Below, in pieces: positions 10,632-22,818 of a DNA stretch of 64,000 nucleotides; positions within the stretch are counted from its first letter, which is position 1; each line of letters opens with the position of its first letter. Below the pieces are notes generated by a model. The model saw nothing but the letters and a program-made list of their open reading frames with translations, was not told the DNA's origin and made no database searches. The stretch is taken from contig CBDCLE010000022.1 in NCBI GenBank assembly GCA_965218585.1, positions 32,001-96,000 on the forward strand. Direction: 5' to 3'. This DNA comes from Terriglobia bacterium (GTDB taxonomy: Bacteria; Acidobacteriota; Terriglobia; 20CM-2-55-15). The position numbers and the translations under genes are program-made.

Positions 10632-11404
10632 AGTCCAAGAGCCAGAAACCCAGGCATGTGCTCAACGGTGCCGTCGATGAAGTTCGCAACCTTCGTCCCG
10701 ATCCTGCCGATATCGAGGAAGCGGCTGCCCGCGTGTGGTCGCGCATTTCCGAAGAAGCGGCCGAACAGACCGTCTTGTCGCCGGACATGCGACATCCGGA
10801 AGTCGAAGCGATCCGAGGCTGCGGGGATTACCAGTCTCTGATCCCGACTTACCTGGCAGGTCAGTTGAGTCCGGCGAGAACGCTGCTCCTGGAAGACCAC
10901 AGTCGCGAGTGCCTCCAGTGCCGGAAGGCCTTGACCGCGGCACGATCATCGGCGCCGAGCACCTCCAGCGCTCAAAGAGAGAGTAGAGGCGGATTGCTCC
11001 CATAGCGGTGGGCTGCCCTTGGCGTGGCCGCAGCGCTCGTGCTCGCCTTCGGGATCGGGCAATCCGATCTGATCCGCTTGATGTTGTTCCCCATCGAGGT
11101 TAACGCGTCTGCGCAGACGGTTCGAGGGCAGCTGTTTCTTCTCGACGGTCAGGAATTGATGCCGATTTCGGCCGGTGCCCAGATCACCGCCGGAGAACCG
11201 ATCCGTACGGCGACCGATTCGGGAGCAATTGTCGAGCTCGCCGACGGCACTCGGGTCGAGATGCGGGAGCGATCCGAGATGACCCTCGTTCCGGCTAGCG
11301 ACGGCGTTCGCATCCAGTTGGAACGCGGCAGCGTCATAGTACGCGCCGCAGAGCAACGTGACGGGCACCTGTACGTCTCGACCGATGACGTCGACGTCTC
11401 CGTA

Positions 11405-12874
11405 GTACTACTGTGTTACAAGCGGCCTATTTTATGTTAGCATCCGGTCATGAGCGCCAAATCGAAGGCGCCAGGCACTCAGGAAAAACGTTTTGCGGCC
11501 TATTTGAAACGCCTGGCGTCGGCCGCAGGACACGCCGATCGTCATGAACCGTTGAAGTCGTACTGCACCGGGTTGTTGCTGCCGATCAAACGTAAGAGTG
11601 TGGAGCCGATGGCTGCACGATTGGCTCCGGATAATGTACGCCGAATGCACCAGTCGCTACATCATCTGGTCGCGGATGCGCCCTGGGACGATGCGGCTCT
11701 GTTGGCAGAAGTTCGACAGTACGCGCTGGGGGCGATGGAAGCCAACGGTCCGATTGAAGCCTGGATTGTCGACGACACCGGATTCGTGAAAAAGGGGACC
11801 CACTCGGTGGGTGTGGCCCGGCAATACTGTGGACAGGTCGGCAAACCTGAGAACTGCCGGGTGGCGGTGAGCCTGTCGGTGGCGACAGCGAAATCCAGCT
11901 TGCCGGTGGCATGGCGACTCTACCTCCCCGAGACCTGGGCGAAGGATCCGGAACGTCGAAGCAAAGCCGCTATTCCCGAAGACGTTCGATTTCAAACTAA
12001 ACCTCAAATTGCTTTGGAACAAATCCGGCAGGCCGTCGATGACGGCATTGCTCCGGCACCGGTTCTGGGCGATACGGCCTACGGCAACAACTACAAGTTC
12101 CGGCACGGCATCACCGAACTCGGACTTAGCTACGTCCTAGGGGTGCAAGGCACCACGACCGTGTGGAAACCGGGCCAGGGTCCCTTGCCGCCGAAATCCT
12201 TGACCGGCCGCGGACGGACACCGACCCGCATGCAGCGCAACAAGAAACATCAACCGGTTTCGGTCAAGCAACTGGCCCTCTCGTTGTCTCCCCAGCGTTG
12301 GAAGAACGTCTCCTGGCGCGAAGGCACCTCCGAGACCCTGCGTTCCCGTTTCGCCGCAGTTCGCATTCGTCCCGCTCATCTGGATCACGAGCGCCACTCG
12401 CCGCATCCGAAAGAGTGGTTGTTGGTCGAGTGGCCCAAGACCGCATCCGAACCGATCCGGTACTGGCTCTCCACTCTTGGGGCCCATACCTCGCTTTCCG
12501 ATCTGGCCGGTCAGGCCAAACAGCGCTGGATCATCGAACGCGACTATCAGGAACTCAAGCAGGAACTCGGTCTGGGACACTACGAAGGTCGCGGCTGGCG
12601 TGGATTTCACCATCATGGCACCTTATGTATTGCCTCTTATGGGTTCCTGGTCGCCGAGCGGAGCCGTTTTTCCCCCTCTGCATTTGTCGAGCATGTTGGA
12701 CTATCCGTCCCCAAACTCCCCAAACACTTCAAACCCCGCGGAACCCCGGATCCGGCCCGAACGACATAACCCCTGCTCGATTGCCACGCTTCGCATTCGC
12801 ATCGCCCGCTTCCTGATTCAGCAGCTTCCTCGTTGTCCGTTCTGTGGACCGCTTCGTTTGTAACACAGTAGTAC
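11405..12874 (+). mobile_element. IS701-family insertion sequence
   Basis: Perfect terminal IR GTACTACTGTGTTACAA / TTGTAACACAGTAGTAC, flanked by duplicated TA(G); exact end base is ambiguous by 1 nt. Confidence 0.9.
11450..12769 (+). CDS. IS701-family DDE transposase
   Basis: RKSVEPMA, IVDDTGFVKKG.HSVGVARQYCG..GK.ENC, D.AYG, RWIIERDYQELKQELGL.HYEGRGW.GFHHH. Confidence 0.93.
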   Translation: MSAKSKAPGTQEKRFAAYLKRLASAAGHADRHEPLKSYCTGLLLPIKRKSVEPMAARLAPDNVRRMHQSLHHLVADAPWDDAALLAEVRQYALGAMEANGPIEAWIVDDTGFVKKGTHSVGVARQYCGQVGKPENCRVAVSLSVATAKSSLPVAWRLYLPETWAKDPERRSKAAIPEDVRFQTKPQIALEQIRQAVDDGIAPAPVLGDTAYGNNYKFRHGITELGLSYVLGVQGTTTVWKPGQGPLPPKSLTGRGRTPTRMQRNKKHQPVSVKQLALSLSPQRWKNVSWREGTSETLRSRFAAVRIRPAHLDHERHSPHPKEWLLVEWPKTASEPIRYWLSTLGAHTSLSDLAGQAKQRWIIERDYQELKQELGLGHYEGRGWRGFHHHGTLCIASYGFLVAERSRFSPSAFVEHVGLSVPKLPKHFKPRGTPDPARTT

Positions 12875-12877
12875 TAG

Positions 12878-14614
12878 CCCGCATATTTCACCGATAGGAC
12901 CAGAAAAGGCCGCCCTGTCTGGCATAAAGCGTTTTGAAATAAACGTTTAACAAGCCAAACGGAGACGGCCCTTATGAGAACAGAGTGTAACCAAACGACG
13001 TTCGAATTTCACGGACTTCTTCAACGAAAAGTGAAGGCGCGTTTTGACGGCGGAAAGATCACCTCCGACGCTGGGGTTCTGCTGTTGAGGGAAGTGGAAA
13101 AGCGAACGGGTCTGATCGCCGGACTGGCCGAGTGTTTCAGGGATTACCGGGACGCGAGGTTGATCGAACACACGGTGAGCGAGTTATTGGGGCAGCGCGT
13201 CTACGGACTCTGTCTGGGCTACGAGGATCTGAACGATCATGACCAACTGCGGACCGATCCGATGCTGGCCGTGGCGGTGGATAAGGCCGATCCACTGGGG
13301 GAGAAGCGGCGGCAGGCCCGAGACCGGGGAAAAGCGTTGGCGGGCAAGTGTACGCTGAACCGGTTGGAACTGACCGGGGAGCAAGTCGATGGGAAGGAGC
13401 GGTACAAGAAGATGGCCATGGACCCGGACAAGATCGACCGCTGGATGGTGGATGCATTTGTGGCGGCTCACGGATCGGCGCCCGAGGAGATTGTTCTGGA
13501 CCTGGATGCGACCGATGATCCGATCCATGGCCATCAGGAAGGACGGTTCTTTCACGGCTACTACGGCAACTACTGTTATCTGCCGCTCTACATCTTTTCG
13601 GGAGAGCATCTGCTATGCGCCCGGTTGCGGTGCTCCAATGTCGACGGTGCGGACGGCGCCGTCGAGGAATTGAACCGCATCATCGGCCAGATCCGGCAGA
13701 GCTGGCCGGAGGTGTCGATTATCATCCGGGCCGACTCGGGCTTTTGCCGGGATGAATTGCTGAGTTGGTGCGAGGCCCACCAGGTCGATTACGTGGTGGG
13801 TCTGGCCAAGAACGATCGGCTCAAGCGCGAGATCGCTGAATCGATGAGTCAGGCCGAAGCCGAGTTTAACGACACCGGGAAACCGGCGCGGGTGTTTAAC
13901 GATTTCCGGTATCGCACTCGGAAGAGCTGGACCTGCACCCGACGCGTCATCGGCAAGGCCGAGTTCCTGGAGAAAGGCGCCAATCCTCGATTCGTTGTGA
14001 CCTCACTGTCGCCGGAACGCCTGGACGCCCGCGCCCTCTATGAAGACTTTTACTGTGCGCGGGGCGACATGGAAAATCGCATCAAGGAACAGCAGTTGGA
14101 TCTATTCGCCGACCGGACCAGCGCGGCAACCATGCGCGCCAATCAACTCCGGCTCTATCTGTCCTCGGCCGCCTACATGCTCCTGCACGCGTTACGCCGT
14201 CTGGGACTGAAGAATACCGATCTGGCCCGCGCTCAGTGCCAGACGATCCGCTTGAAGCTCCTCAAGATCGGAGCTCAAGTCCGTCTGACGGTTCGCAACA
14301 TCTGGATCTCCATGTCGGAAGCCTATCCCTACGCCGAGGTCTTTGCCCTCGTCCATCGAAACCTGCAGGCGCTTCCTCTGCGCTGCTGAGAACCGACCCG
14401 ATCCCCTGCGCCAAAATCGACTCGCTCTTTTCGGCTCCGCCGAGGTTTGTCTCAGTGCGTTTCGTCACCCTCTTCTGAACCCGAAAACGCAGCAACTCCC
14501 GCTTGTCGACACCGCCGAGTCACGCCACACATGCCCAATTCGAACCCAGATCCTCCCGAATCCGATTCTTACTGCCCAAATCCCCCTGATCGCCGGACTG
14601 GTGAAACATGCGGG
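12878..14614 (+). mobile_element. IS1380-family insertion sequence, copy 1 (1737 bp)
   Basis: IR CCCGCATATTTCACC / GGTGAAACATGCGGG; CTAG duplication at 12874-77 and 14615-18. Confidence 0.95.
12974..14389 (+). CDS. IS1380-family transposase
   Basis: FDGG.ITSDAG, GYEDLNDHD.LR.DP, LDLDATDDP.HG.QEG, IRADSGF, Y.ARG.MENRIKE. Confidence 0.95.
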   Translation: MRTECNQTTFEFHGLLQRKVKARFDGGKITSDAGVLLLREVEKRTGLIAGLAECFRDYRDARLIEHTVSELLGQRVYGLCLGYEDLNDHDQLRTDPMLAVAVDKADPLGEKRRQARDRGKALAGKCTLNRLELTGEQVDGKERYKKMAMDPDKIDRWMVDAFVAAHGSAPEEIVLDLDATDDPIHGHQEGRFFHGYYGNYCYLPLYIFSGEHLLCARLRCSNVDGADGAVEELNRIIGQIRQSWPEVSIIIRADSGFCRDELLSWCEAHQVDYVVGLAKNDRLKREIAESMSQAEAEFNDTGKPARVFNDFRYRTRKSWTCTRRVIGKAEFLEKGANPRFVVTSLSPERLDARALYEDFYCARGDMENRIKEQQLDLFADRTSAATMRANQLRLYLSSAAYMLLHALRRLGLKNTDLARAQCQTIRLKLLKIGAQVRLTVRNIWISMSEAYPYAEVFALVHRNLQALPLRC

Positions 14615-16496
14615 CTAGTCGGTACGGTGTTTGCTGTCAGTGAAGGAACCAAAGGCTCCCGGGTTTCGGTGATCGAGGGCGAAGTCAACGTCGAGAGCGA
14701 AGCCACGGCCACTCGTTTGTTCCCCGGCGAACAGTTCAACTCGAGCCAGATCCTGACTGAAGTGCCGATCGAGGAGGAGATCGCATGGAGCCAGGAACTG
14801 GCTCTGCATATCGCGTTGCTGGGAGAGTTTGCCGGTGCCCGGGACGAATTGAGAGATGCGATCGCTTCCCAGGGACTCCGTTACTCGTCGACACTGCTGG
14901 GCCGTGTGCCGGCCGACACCGTGATGTACGCCTCCTTCCCGAACGCCGCACGCACGTTGATGGATGCTTACGACGTATTCCGCAGCCGCGTCGAGGAGAA
15001 TGCGGTGATCCGCGAGTGGTGGAACGAGTCCGCCGCCCAGGCCGCCGAGTCTGGCAACCTGACCATCGATCAGATGATCGAACAGGTTCGAGCACTTTCG
15101 AGTCTGGTCGGGAACGAGATAGTCCTGGCGATGGCGGGCGGCAACGATAGTCCCGAACCCCTCCTGCTGGCCGAGATCACTGACGCCGAGCAGGCCGTGA
15201 TTTTGTTGCGCGCGGCGCTGGCCATGTCGGCCGAACCTGCCGGTCTCCGGATCGTGACCGCTGCCGCGGATCTTGGTGCGCTGTCCGGCACCGAGGAAGC
15301 GATCGCCTATGTCGAGGGCGGTCTGCTGGCCTTCTCGCCATCTCCTGGCGGCATCATGGGTGCCCTCAACCCGGATGGCGCCTTCTCGGGCACGGAGTTT
15401 TATGCCTCGCTCGCGGCGGCCTACGCCGACGGTACGGACTGGCTGTTCGCCGCCGACATCGATCAGTTGCTCGATGGAGAGTTTGCCGACCTGCCCGATG
15501 GGATCGGTTTCAACGATCTGAACGACCTGATCGTGGATTACAAGGCCCTCGGCGCGAGCGGTGCCACCAGTGCGATCATGAACTTCGAGGGGTCGAGAAC
15601 CGGCGTGGCCTCCTGGATCGGCCCAGCTGCACCCATGGGTGGGCTGGATTTCATCTCCCCCGACACCTTTGGTGTGGCGGCCGGGCTGACCAGGGATCCG
15701 GTCTCGATCGTTGGAGAGATGTTCGACACGCTGCGCACGGTGAATACCGGGGAATGGAACGAGATCCTTGCCTTCCAGGCCGAACACAGGATCGACATCC
15801 AGTACGACCTTGCCGCTCCACTCGGTGGCGAGATCGCGATTGCTATCGATGGGCCGATGCTTCCGACGCCCTCCTGGAAGGTTGTGGTCGAGGTCTATGA
15901 CTCGGCCAGGTTGCAGAACACACTGGAACGGCTCGGTGCGGAACTGAACCGGACTGCCGAAATGGACGGCGAACCGGGCGTCGAGATCACCGCGGAGTCG
16001 GTCGGCGGGCAGATCTACCACAGCGTGACCGCGCTCGAGAACGGTTCGGCAATCCACTACACTTACTCGGGCGGTTACATGATCGTTGCGGCCAGTCGCG
16101 CTCTCGTGACGCAGGCGTTACAGTACAATCAGACACGCTACACGTTGGGAAATTCTGCCGCGTTTCAGGGCCTGCTGCCGGCGGGTAGTGCCAACTACTG
16201 CTTGGCGATCCTGTATCAGAACATGACGCCGATGATCTCGGCCCTCGCCGACTATGTTCCGTTGCCGGAAGACGCGATCACGGATGAACAACTCGCCGTT
16301 ATCGACGAGACCGTGCGGAACACACCGCCGACGTTGGTCTGTGTCGCTGCCGAAGAAGATCGAATCGTCGCATCAAATCAGGGTGAACTGGCGTTCAACC
16401 TGGTTACGCTGGGCGGCTTCAGCGGTTTGCTTGAAACTCTGAGCCAGGTTCAGGGCAGTGATGAGTGAACCGAGGTAGAGTGTTTTTTTGGAGACG

Positions 16497-17501
16497 ATGT
16501 TAGAGACGAAAACACAATCGGCAGAAAAGGAAGCGGCCACTGAAAGTTCCGACCCGGCGAAGCCTGGGATGGCAACGCCAAGTGTCGAACTCGACCGTTT
16601 GTCGGTGACGTTCGCCGGACGGCCGATCCTGAGGCAGCTCCAGGCGGCCATGTCGGGACGTGCGATCGGACTGCTCGGCCCGAACGGTGCCGGCAAGAGC
16701 ACGCTGATGCAAACGCTGCTCGGTTTCCATCCGCCCTCCGGCGGCACGGCGCGGATACTCGGGATGGACATCCGGACCGAAATCCGCAAGGTCCGTCACC
16801 ACATCGGGTACATGCCGGAGAACGACGCATTCATTGCCGGGATGAGCGCCGTCCGGCTGGTTCGGTTGATGGGAGAACTGTCCGGATTGCCGAAGAACGA
16901 AGCCCTCGAACGGGCTCATGAAACGCTGTTCTTCCTCGGCATGGGTGAGGCGCGTTACCGGCCTGTCGGCACGTATTCCCTCGGCATGAAGCAGATGGCC
17001 AAGCTGGCTGCTGCGATCGTGCACGGTCCCCGGATGCTGATCCTCGACGAGCCCACCAACGGCCTGGACGCCAACGCCAGAATCCGGATGTTCGAGATCA
17101 TCCGCAACATCCGAGACAGCGGACACACGCAGCTGATCCTGTCTTCCCACCTGCTGCGTGACGTCGAAGAGTGCTGCGACGAGGTCCTGATTCTCAAGGA
17201 AGGACAGATCGTGACCTACTGCAACATCGAGGAAGAACGACGGAGCAACACGAAGTTTCTCAACGTAGAAACCAAGGGCAACACGGCGGCGTTTCTCCGG
17301 CTCGCAGAGGGCAGGGGTTGCGAGTTGGCGGTTAACGGCACGCGCAAGATCAAGATGGTTTTGCCCAAGGAAGTCGAGGTCCGCGAACTCTACCGGATGG
17401 CCGCCGACACAGGCGTCCAGATCCGCCGGCTCGACTACAAGAGAGATTCTCTCCAGGACATCTTCCTGAAGGCGATGGAAAAACCGAATGGCCGTTTATA
17501 A
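16497..17501 (+). CDS. ABC transporter ATP-binding protein
   Basis: [26 protein letters not shown]. Confidence 0.92.
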   Translation: MLETKTQSAEKEAATESSDPAKPGMATPSVELDRLSVTFAGRPILRQLQAAMSGRAIGLLGPNGAGKSTLMQTLLGFHPPSGGTARILGMDIRTEIRKVRHHIGYMPENDAFIAGMSAVRLVRLMGELSGLPKNEALERAHETLFFLGMGEARYRPVGTYSLGMKQMAKLAAAIVHGPRMLILDEPTNGLDANARIRMFEIIRNIRDSGHTQLILSSHLLRDVEECCDEVLILKEGQIVTYCNIEEERRSNTKFLNVETKGNTAAFLRLAEGRGCELAVNGTRKIKMVLPKEVEVRELYRMAADTGVQIRRLDYKRDSLQDIFLKAMEKPNGRL

Positions 17502-18359
17502 GCAGACGTACAAAGAATACGAGGGCACCCGGACGCACCCGAGGTGGCGCTTCTGGGTGCTCACCCGGTATGCGTTTCAGCAGGTGTTTGCCTGCGGCCG
17601 ATGCTGATCTACTTTGTCCTCTGTTACGTCCCCATGCTCGTCGGGGGTGGGGTCATCTATGTGCGACACAACCTGGACGTCCTGAATGCGTTCCAGATCC
17701 CTGTCGACGAGCTCCTTGTCATCAACGCGGAATTCTTTGCCGCTCTCATGGGCATCCAGTCGATGCTGGCGTTCTTCATGGCCGCCGTCGTCGGCCCGGG
17801 TCTGGTTTCTCCCGACCTCACAAACGGCGCCTTGCCGCTCTACCTGAGCCGGCCGTTTTCACGGACGGAGTATGTCCTCGGGAAGTTCGCGGTCCTGGGT
17901 GTTCTGCTTTCGCTGATTACGTGGGTGCCGGGAATGCTCCTCTTTCTGATGCAGTCCAGCCTCGAAGGCTCGGCCTGGTTCTTTTCGAACCTCCAGATCA
18001 GGGGAGCGATTTTCACCGGAGCGTGGGTCTGGATCCTTACGATTTCGCTGCTGGCCCTGGCCCTGTCGGCCTGGGTGCGATGGAGACCGGTGGCGATAGG
18101 CATGACGTTCGGCGTCTTCTTTGTCGCGGCCGGCTTCGGCGGCGCGTTCAACGGGATTCTCGGCACCGATTGGGGCCTGATGATGGTGCTCCCGGTGGTC
18201 ATGACCACGATCTGGCAATGGCTGTTCATAGGTGCCGTTGCCGCGGGGAACTTTTACCCACTCCCTCTGTGGAGCGCCTTGTTGTCGCTCGCGATCGCCT
18301 GGTCGGTGAGCCTCGTTCTGCTCTCCCGCAAGATTCGAGCCTATGAGGTCGTTCGATGA
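17488..18359 (+). CDS. ABC-2 type permease (frameshift near 17590)
   Basis: MAVYKQTY N-terminus in a different frame; six TM segments; [19 protein letters not shown]. Confidence 0.8.
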
Positions 18360-19309
18360 GCACCGAACTGGGCCGGGAGATCGTATTCTCGAACGCGTCG
18401 AAGTTCTACGGAGAAATCCTCGGGGTTAATAAGGTCAACCTGACCATCGGACCTGGAATCACGAGCCTGGTTGGCCCGAACGGCTCGGGCAAGACGACCT
18501 TGATGAACCTCATGTCAGGCCTGCTCCAACCCAGTGAAGGATCGGTCAGCGTTCACGGCAGGACGCCTTCCGAACCCGAGGGTTTCTATAAGCTGATCGG
18601 CTACTGCACGCAGTTCGACTCTTTCCCAAAAGGACTGACCGGATTCGACCTTGTCCATTCCCTGCTGCGGCTCCACGGGCGGAGCGCGGGCGAAACCCGG
18701 GACATGGCCTGGGCTGCAATCGAACAGGTCGGCCTGACCGATGCCGCCGACCGGCGGGTTGGGGCCTACAGCAAGGGGATGCGCCAGAGAATCAAGCTGG
18801 CGACCGCCATCGCCCACCACCCGTCCGTTCTGATCCTGGATGAGCCGCTCAACGGGTTGGATCCGATGGCCCGGGACGAGTTCATTGGGCTGTTTCGAGA
18901 TCTTGCTGCCAAGGACCTGCATGTCATTGTTTCCAGCCACATCCTGCACGAGGTGGACATGATCTCGGACCAGGTCGTGATGATGAGTCACGGTTACGTC
19001 GTCGCCGAGGGGGAGATCCAGGGTGTTCGGCACGAGATGGACGAATATCCAATCAGCATCCTCGTCCGTTGTGATCGGCCCGTCGTGATCGCTGCCCAGG
19101 TCTTCAACAACGACCATGTCGTTGAAGCCAGAATCAGCGACGACGGGCGCGGGGTCGTCGTGCGGACCCGGAATGTTGACGACTTCTATCTCTTCTTGAA
19201 TCGTATCGTCCTCGACGAAGGGCTCAACGTTGAAGGTGTCACACCGACCGACGAGGATGTCCATTCCGTCTACAACTATCTCGTGGGAGCGAACGGAGCC
19301 CAGACATGA
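18356..19309 (+). CDS. ABC transporter ATP-binding protein
   Basis: [26 protein letters not shown]. Confidence 0.92.
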   Translation: MSTELGREIVFSNASKFYGEILGVNKVNLTIGPGITSLVGPNGSGKTTLMNLMSGLLQPSEGSVSVHGRTPSEPEGFYKLIGYCTQFDSFPKGLTGFDLVHSLLRLHGRSAGETRDMAWAAIEQVGLTDAADRRVGAYSKGMRQRIKLATAIAHHPSVLILDEPLNGLDPMARDEFIGLFRDLAAKDLHVIVSSHILHEVDMISDQVVMMSHGYVVAEGEIQGVRHEMDEYPISILVRCDRPVVIAAQVFNNDHVVEARISDDGRGVVVRTRNVDDFYLFLNRIVLDEGLNVEGVTPTDEDVHSVYNYLVGANGAQT

Positions 19310-20163
19310 GTCGAACCGAAACGGCAAACTCCGCCGTTGACCGGGTCAAAGCGTTTCCATGGAACCTCTGGACCCGGCAAACCCTGGCGGTCACGCGCTT
19401 CGAAGCACGGAAGAGTTTTGCGGGGCGGAGGTGGATCGCGGCATTCCTGCTGGCAGCAGGTCCTATGTTCCTGCTCTTCGTCCGGCTCCTGATCGTGGAA
19501 TCGCCAGAAGACGTCGGCGAATTGAGCCTCATCTTCGCCGGCATCTTCCAATCCTACGTCCTGCGGTTAGCCATCTTTTTCGGCTGCGTCGGTGTTTTCA
19601 CGCAACTCTTTCGGGGCGAAGTCCTGGAGAAGACCCTGCACTACTACTTACTGGTGCCTGTGCGGCGTGAGGTCATCATGACGGGCAAGTACCTCGGTGG
19701 CCTCGCCAACGTGTCTGTTCTCTTCGTCGTGAGCACGGCCGTGAGCTACGTCCTGATGTACATACCCTCGGGTCCGGGCGTTATGGAAGCGCATTTCGTC
19801 AACGGACCCGGCTTGGAACATGCCCTGACCTATTCGGGCGTCGCGTTTCTGGCGTGTGCCGGTTACGGCGCCGTGTTCATGTTGATGGGAATCCTCTTCG
19901 CCAACCCGATCATTCCAGCCGTCCTCGTTCTCGGGTGGGAATCGCTGAATATCTTTCTGCCGGCCACGCTGCAGAAGATCAGCGTGATCCACTACCTGCA
20001 GTCCATCTGCCCCGTCCCCTTGCCCTTCGGCCCCCTGGTCGTCATCACCGAACCCACATCCCCCTGGATCTCGGTTCCCGGACTGCTCGTGATGACGCTG
20101 CTGGTTCTAGCCGCAGCCGCCTTTAAGATGAGGCGGGCAGAAGTGATCTATTCGATGGATTGA
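19306..20163 (+). CDS. ABC-2 type permease
   Basis: Multi-TM; [15 protein letters not shown]....GKY. Confidence 0.85.
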   Translation: MSRTETANSAVDRVKAFPWNLWTRQTLAVTRFEARKSFAGRRWIAAFLLAAGPMFLLFVRLLIVESPEDVGELSLIFAGIFQSYVLRLAIFFGCVGVFTQLFRGEVLEKTLHYYLLVPVRREVIMTGKYLGGLANVSVLFVVSTAVSYVLMYIPSGPGVMEAHFVNGPGLEHALTYSGVAFLACAGYGAVFMLMGILFANPIIPAVLVLGWESLNIFLPATLQKISVIHYLQSICPVPLPFGPLVVITEPTSPWISVPGLLVMTLLVLAAAAFKMRRAEVIYSMD

Positions 20164-20242
20164 TGATGAGTTGGGGGTAGTCCTTGACGAGATCGGAACG
20201 GACCGACGGCACGTTTCATTGACCACTAGCCAATTCCCCTGG

Positions 20243-21486
20243 TCAAGTAACCGGCCCCCGGGTGTTGAATTCGGGATTTTGCCAGACGCCTGTCTCGAGC
20301 ACATCGCGCAGGATTTCCACCCCATCCCAGATATCCGTGTAGCGCAAGTATAAGGGTGCCACGCCGAACCGCAAGTTCCCCGGCTCACGGTAGTCACCGA
20401 TGACGCCTCTGCTGATCAGCGCCTGCATAAGCCGTTGTCATGGTGGAACGACACCTGGCTCGCTCGGGACCGGGCATCGCGCGGGCTGACCAGTTCCATG
20501 CCGTGCCCACCGCAGCGGCTCTCCACGAGCTCGATGAGCAAGTCGGTCATGCGTACGGATTTTTCCCGGATGGCCTCCATATCTGCACGGCGCATGATGT
20601 CGATCCCCGCCTCGGCCACGGCCAGGCTCAACACCGGTTGGGTTCCGCCGAGCATCTGCCGGATGCCCGGTGCGGGCCGGTAGTCGCGCTCGAAGGCGAA
20701 CGGCTCTCTATGACCCCACCACCCGGTGAGCGGTTGCCGGTACTGGTCCAGGTGCCGCGCGGCTACGAATATAAAAGCAGGACTTCCGGGCCCGCCGTTC
20801 AGATACTTGTAGGTGCAGCCCACGGCAAAATCCACATCACAGGCGTTGACGTCCACCCCCATCGCGCCGACCGAGTGGCAGAGGTCCCAGACCGCCATTG
20901 CGCCAACCCCGTGGGCGAGCTTGGTCAGCGCCGCCATATCCAGGACCCGTCCCGACTTGTAGTGGACGTGGGTCAGACAGATCGCAGCAACGTCTTCGTC
21001 GATCGCGGACCGGAGTTCATCGGCCTCGGCAAACCGGATCTGGTAGCCGTCGCCAAGTTGTCCGACCAGCCCCTGGACTACATAGTTGTCCGTCGGGAAG
21101 TTGTCCCCTTCCATGACGATGATTCGCCGTTCCCGACGGTGCTCGAGTGCCGCTGCGAGGGCCTTGTAGAGATCGATCCCGGTGGAGTCCGTCACGACGA
21201 CTTCGTCGGGCTTCGCGCCGATGAGGCTCGCGATCTTGCCGCCGAGCCGAAGGGGTAGGTCGAACCATCCCGCCTCGTTCCAGCTCCTTACCAGACCCTC
21301 TGCCCATTCCTTTTCCACGACTTGACGGGCGAGCTGGCGGGCAGCCACGGGCATGGCGCCGAGAGAATTTCCGTCGAAATACAGAACACCCTGAGGCAGT
21401 ACGAATTCCGCCCGGAAACTCGCCAGCGAATCATCGCGATCGAGTCGTTCCTGGTCTTCGCGGGCCATTTCGTTGACTGGTTTCAT
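20243..21486 (-). CDS. kynU: Kynureninase (frameshift near 20430)
   Basis: [40 protein letters not shown]; C-terminal [13 protein letters not shown] in another frame. Confidence 0.9.
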
Positions 21487-21582
21487 CGGGAACCGCGGAT
21501 GTTTGCCATGCCGTTTGTGCCGCGCCACGTGTTGGGCGGCGTTCTGGGCGGCTATCGGTTGAGCCTGTGCTCAATCACTGTC

Positions 21583-21987
21583 TTAAGAGATCGGTCGACG
21601 AAGCGACGGTGTATAGCTGAGGCCTATGATCAAGCCTTCCGGGCTGATGAGTCGAGCAATCGTTTGTCCCCAGGGTTCGAGCTTCGCAGGATGGAGAAGT
21701 TGACAACCCTTGACTTCGAGTTCCTTCGCGGCCACTTCAACATCGGCTACCTCAAACTCGATGCATGCCTGCGGAACAGGAACGTCGTTTGGCCATTCAT
21801 CAGTTCCAAAACACGACTTCGCCGCTCGGGCGAGTGACCAGAGGCCGAAATGCTTAACGCCTTCGAGCTTTTCGGTCATCGGATAGTCGCCCTCAAGGGG
21901 CAGGTCGAGCGCGTCCACGTACAGCCGCTTGCTGGCCGCCATATCGGCTACCACCGGGGCAAACCCAGCGACGAATAGGATCTCCAT
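21583..21987 (-). CDS. VOC/glyoxalase-family protein
   Basis: VADMAASKRLY...L.L, IEFEVADV, EPWGQTIARL.SPEG. Confidence 0.85.
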   Translation of the reverse strand: MEILFVAGFAPVVADMAASKRLYVDALDLPLEGDYPMTEKLEGVKHFGLWSLARAAKSCFGTDEWPNDVPVPQACIEFEVADVEVAAKELEVKGCQLLHPAKLEPWGQTIARLISPEGLIIGLSYTPSLRRPIS

Positions 21988-22065
21988 GATTCGCTTCTGC
22001 CTATTTCAGATTTCTGCTGTGGGGCTGTCGGTTGACGTTGCCCGGGCGCCTCGCCCCTGGGCCTT

Positions 22066-22818
22066 TCAAGCCCGCTCGAGGGGATGCCACACCGCGTGCA
22101 ACAGAGCGTGGGCGACGATGGCGGCCAGAAGGCCATACTGCCAAAACAGCCATCCGAATGCCAGTGCCACCACCATGTTCAACGCGATCGCCCCAACCAC
22201 GATGAGCTTGGTGATCTCGACGCCCACCGCCATCGCGCCAGGAAGGTGGCCGAGTCCGAAGAGCATGCCGGCGACCACGATGGCCGTCCACATGCCCGGG
22301 CCTGCCGGCATGCCGACGACGCTGATCGCAAGCCATGCCATCACCGACATGACGCCCCAGCGGAACATCACCTCCTCGGCCACTCCGCCCACCAGCAAGC
22401 GGCCGAAAAGCCCCATCGAGTTCCTGAGCCCCTCGGTGCGGGCAACGTCGGGGACAGCCATCCGGGGCCGTAAGACCCGGTAGTAGGCCAACAGGAACAC
22501 CGAGGTGCTCACCGCCCCAACGATGAGTGCAGCCGGGAGTTGAGCCGCCGCCTCGCCCAACCCCAACCCCTCGCCATGAGAGACGGCCGCAAACCACGGC
22601 GCCTCAAAGCCGGTCCTGTGGGCCAGGGCTGTGCCTGCGGCCGCCAGCCCCACCGCGAAGAGAGATTGCTGGGCCGTCGCCCCCGCAATTACCATCGGGA
22701 CGGGCGTCGTGATGTCACCCCTGTGGCTCAATATGCCCTTAACCTGCCTGGGCACTACCAAAACGATCGCTACCACAGCGGCCAGGCTGATCAGCATGAA
22801 GAGCGGAACGTCGAACAT
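22066..22818 (-). CDS. CPBP (Abi/CAAX) intramembrane metalloprotease
   Basis: EEVMFRW, LFGLGH, GLLAAIVAHALLH; multi-TM. Confidence 0.88.
   Translation of the reverse strand: MFDVPLFMLISLAAVVAIVLVVPRQVKGILSHRGDITTPVPMVIAGATAQQSLFAVGLAAAGTALAHRTGFEAPWFAAVSHGEGLGLGEAAAQLPAALIVGAVSTSVFLLAYYRVLRPRMAVPDVARTEGLRNSMGLFGRLLVGGVAEEVMFRWGVMSVMAWLAISVVGMPAGPGMWTAIVVAGMLFGLGHLPGAMAVGVEITKLIVVGAIALNMVVALAFGWLFWQYGLLAAIVAHALLHAVWHPLERA

Larger units (their letters stand above)
10628..16468 (+). pseudogene. Anti-sigma factor (zf-HC2, TM, FecR, large periplasmic domain), interrupted by IS701 and IS1380
   Basis: HxxxCxxC (HSRECLQC), TM, FecR motifs (LADGTRVEM, LERGSVIV). Removing both IS rejoins ...DVSV|VGTVFAV..EG..GSRVSVIEGEV in frame. 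In-frame TAG at 11003-11005. Confidence 0.88.
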
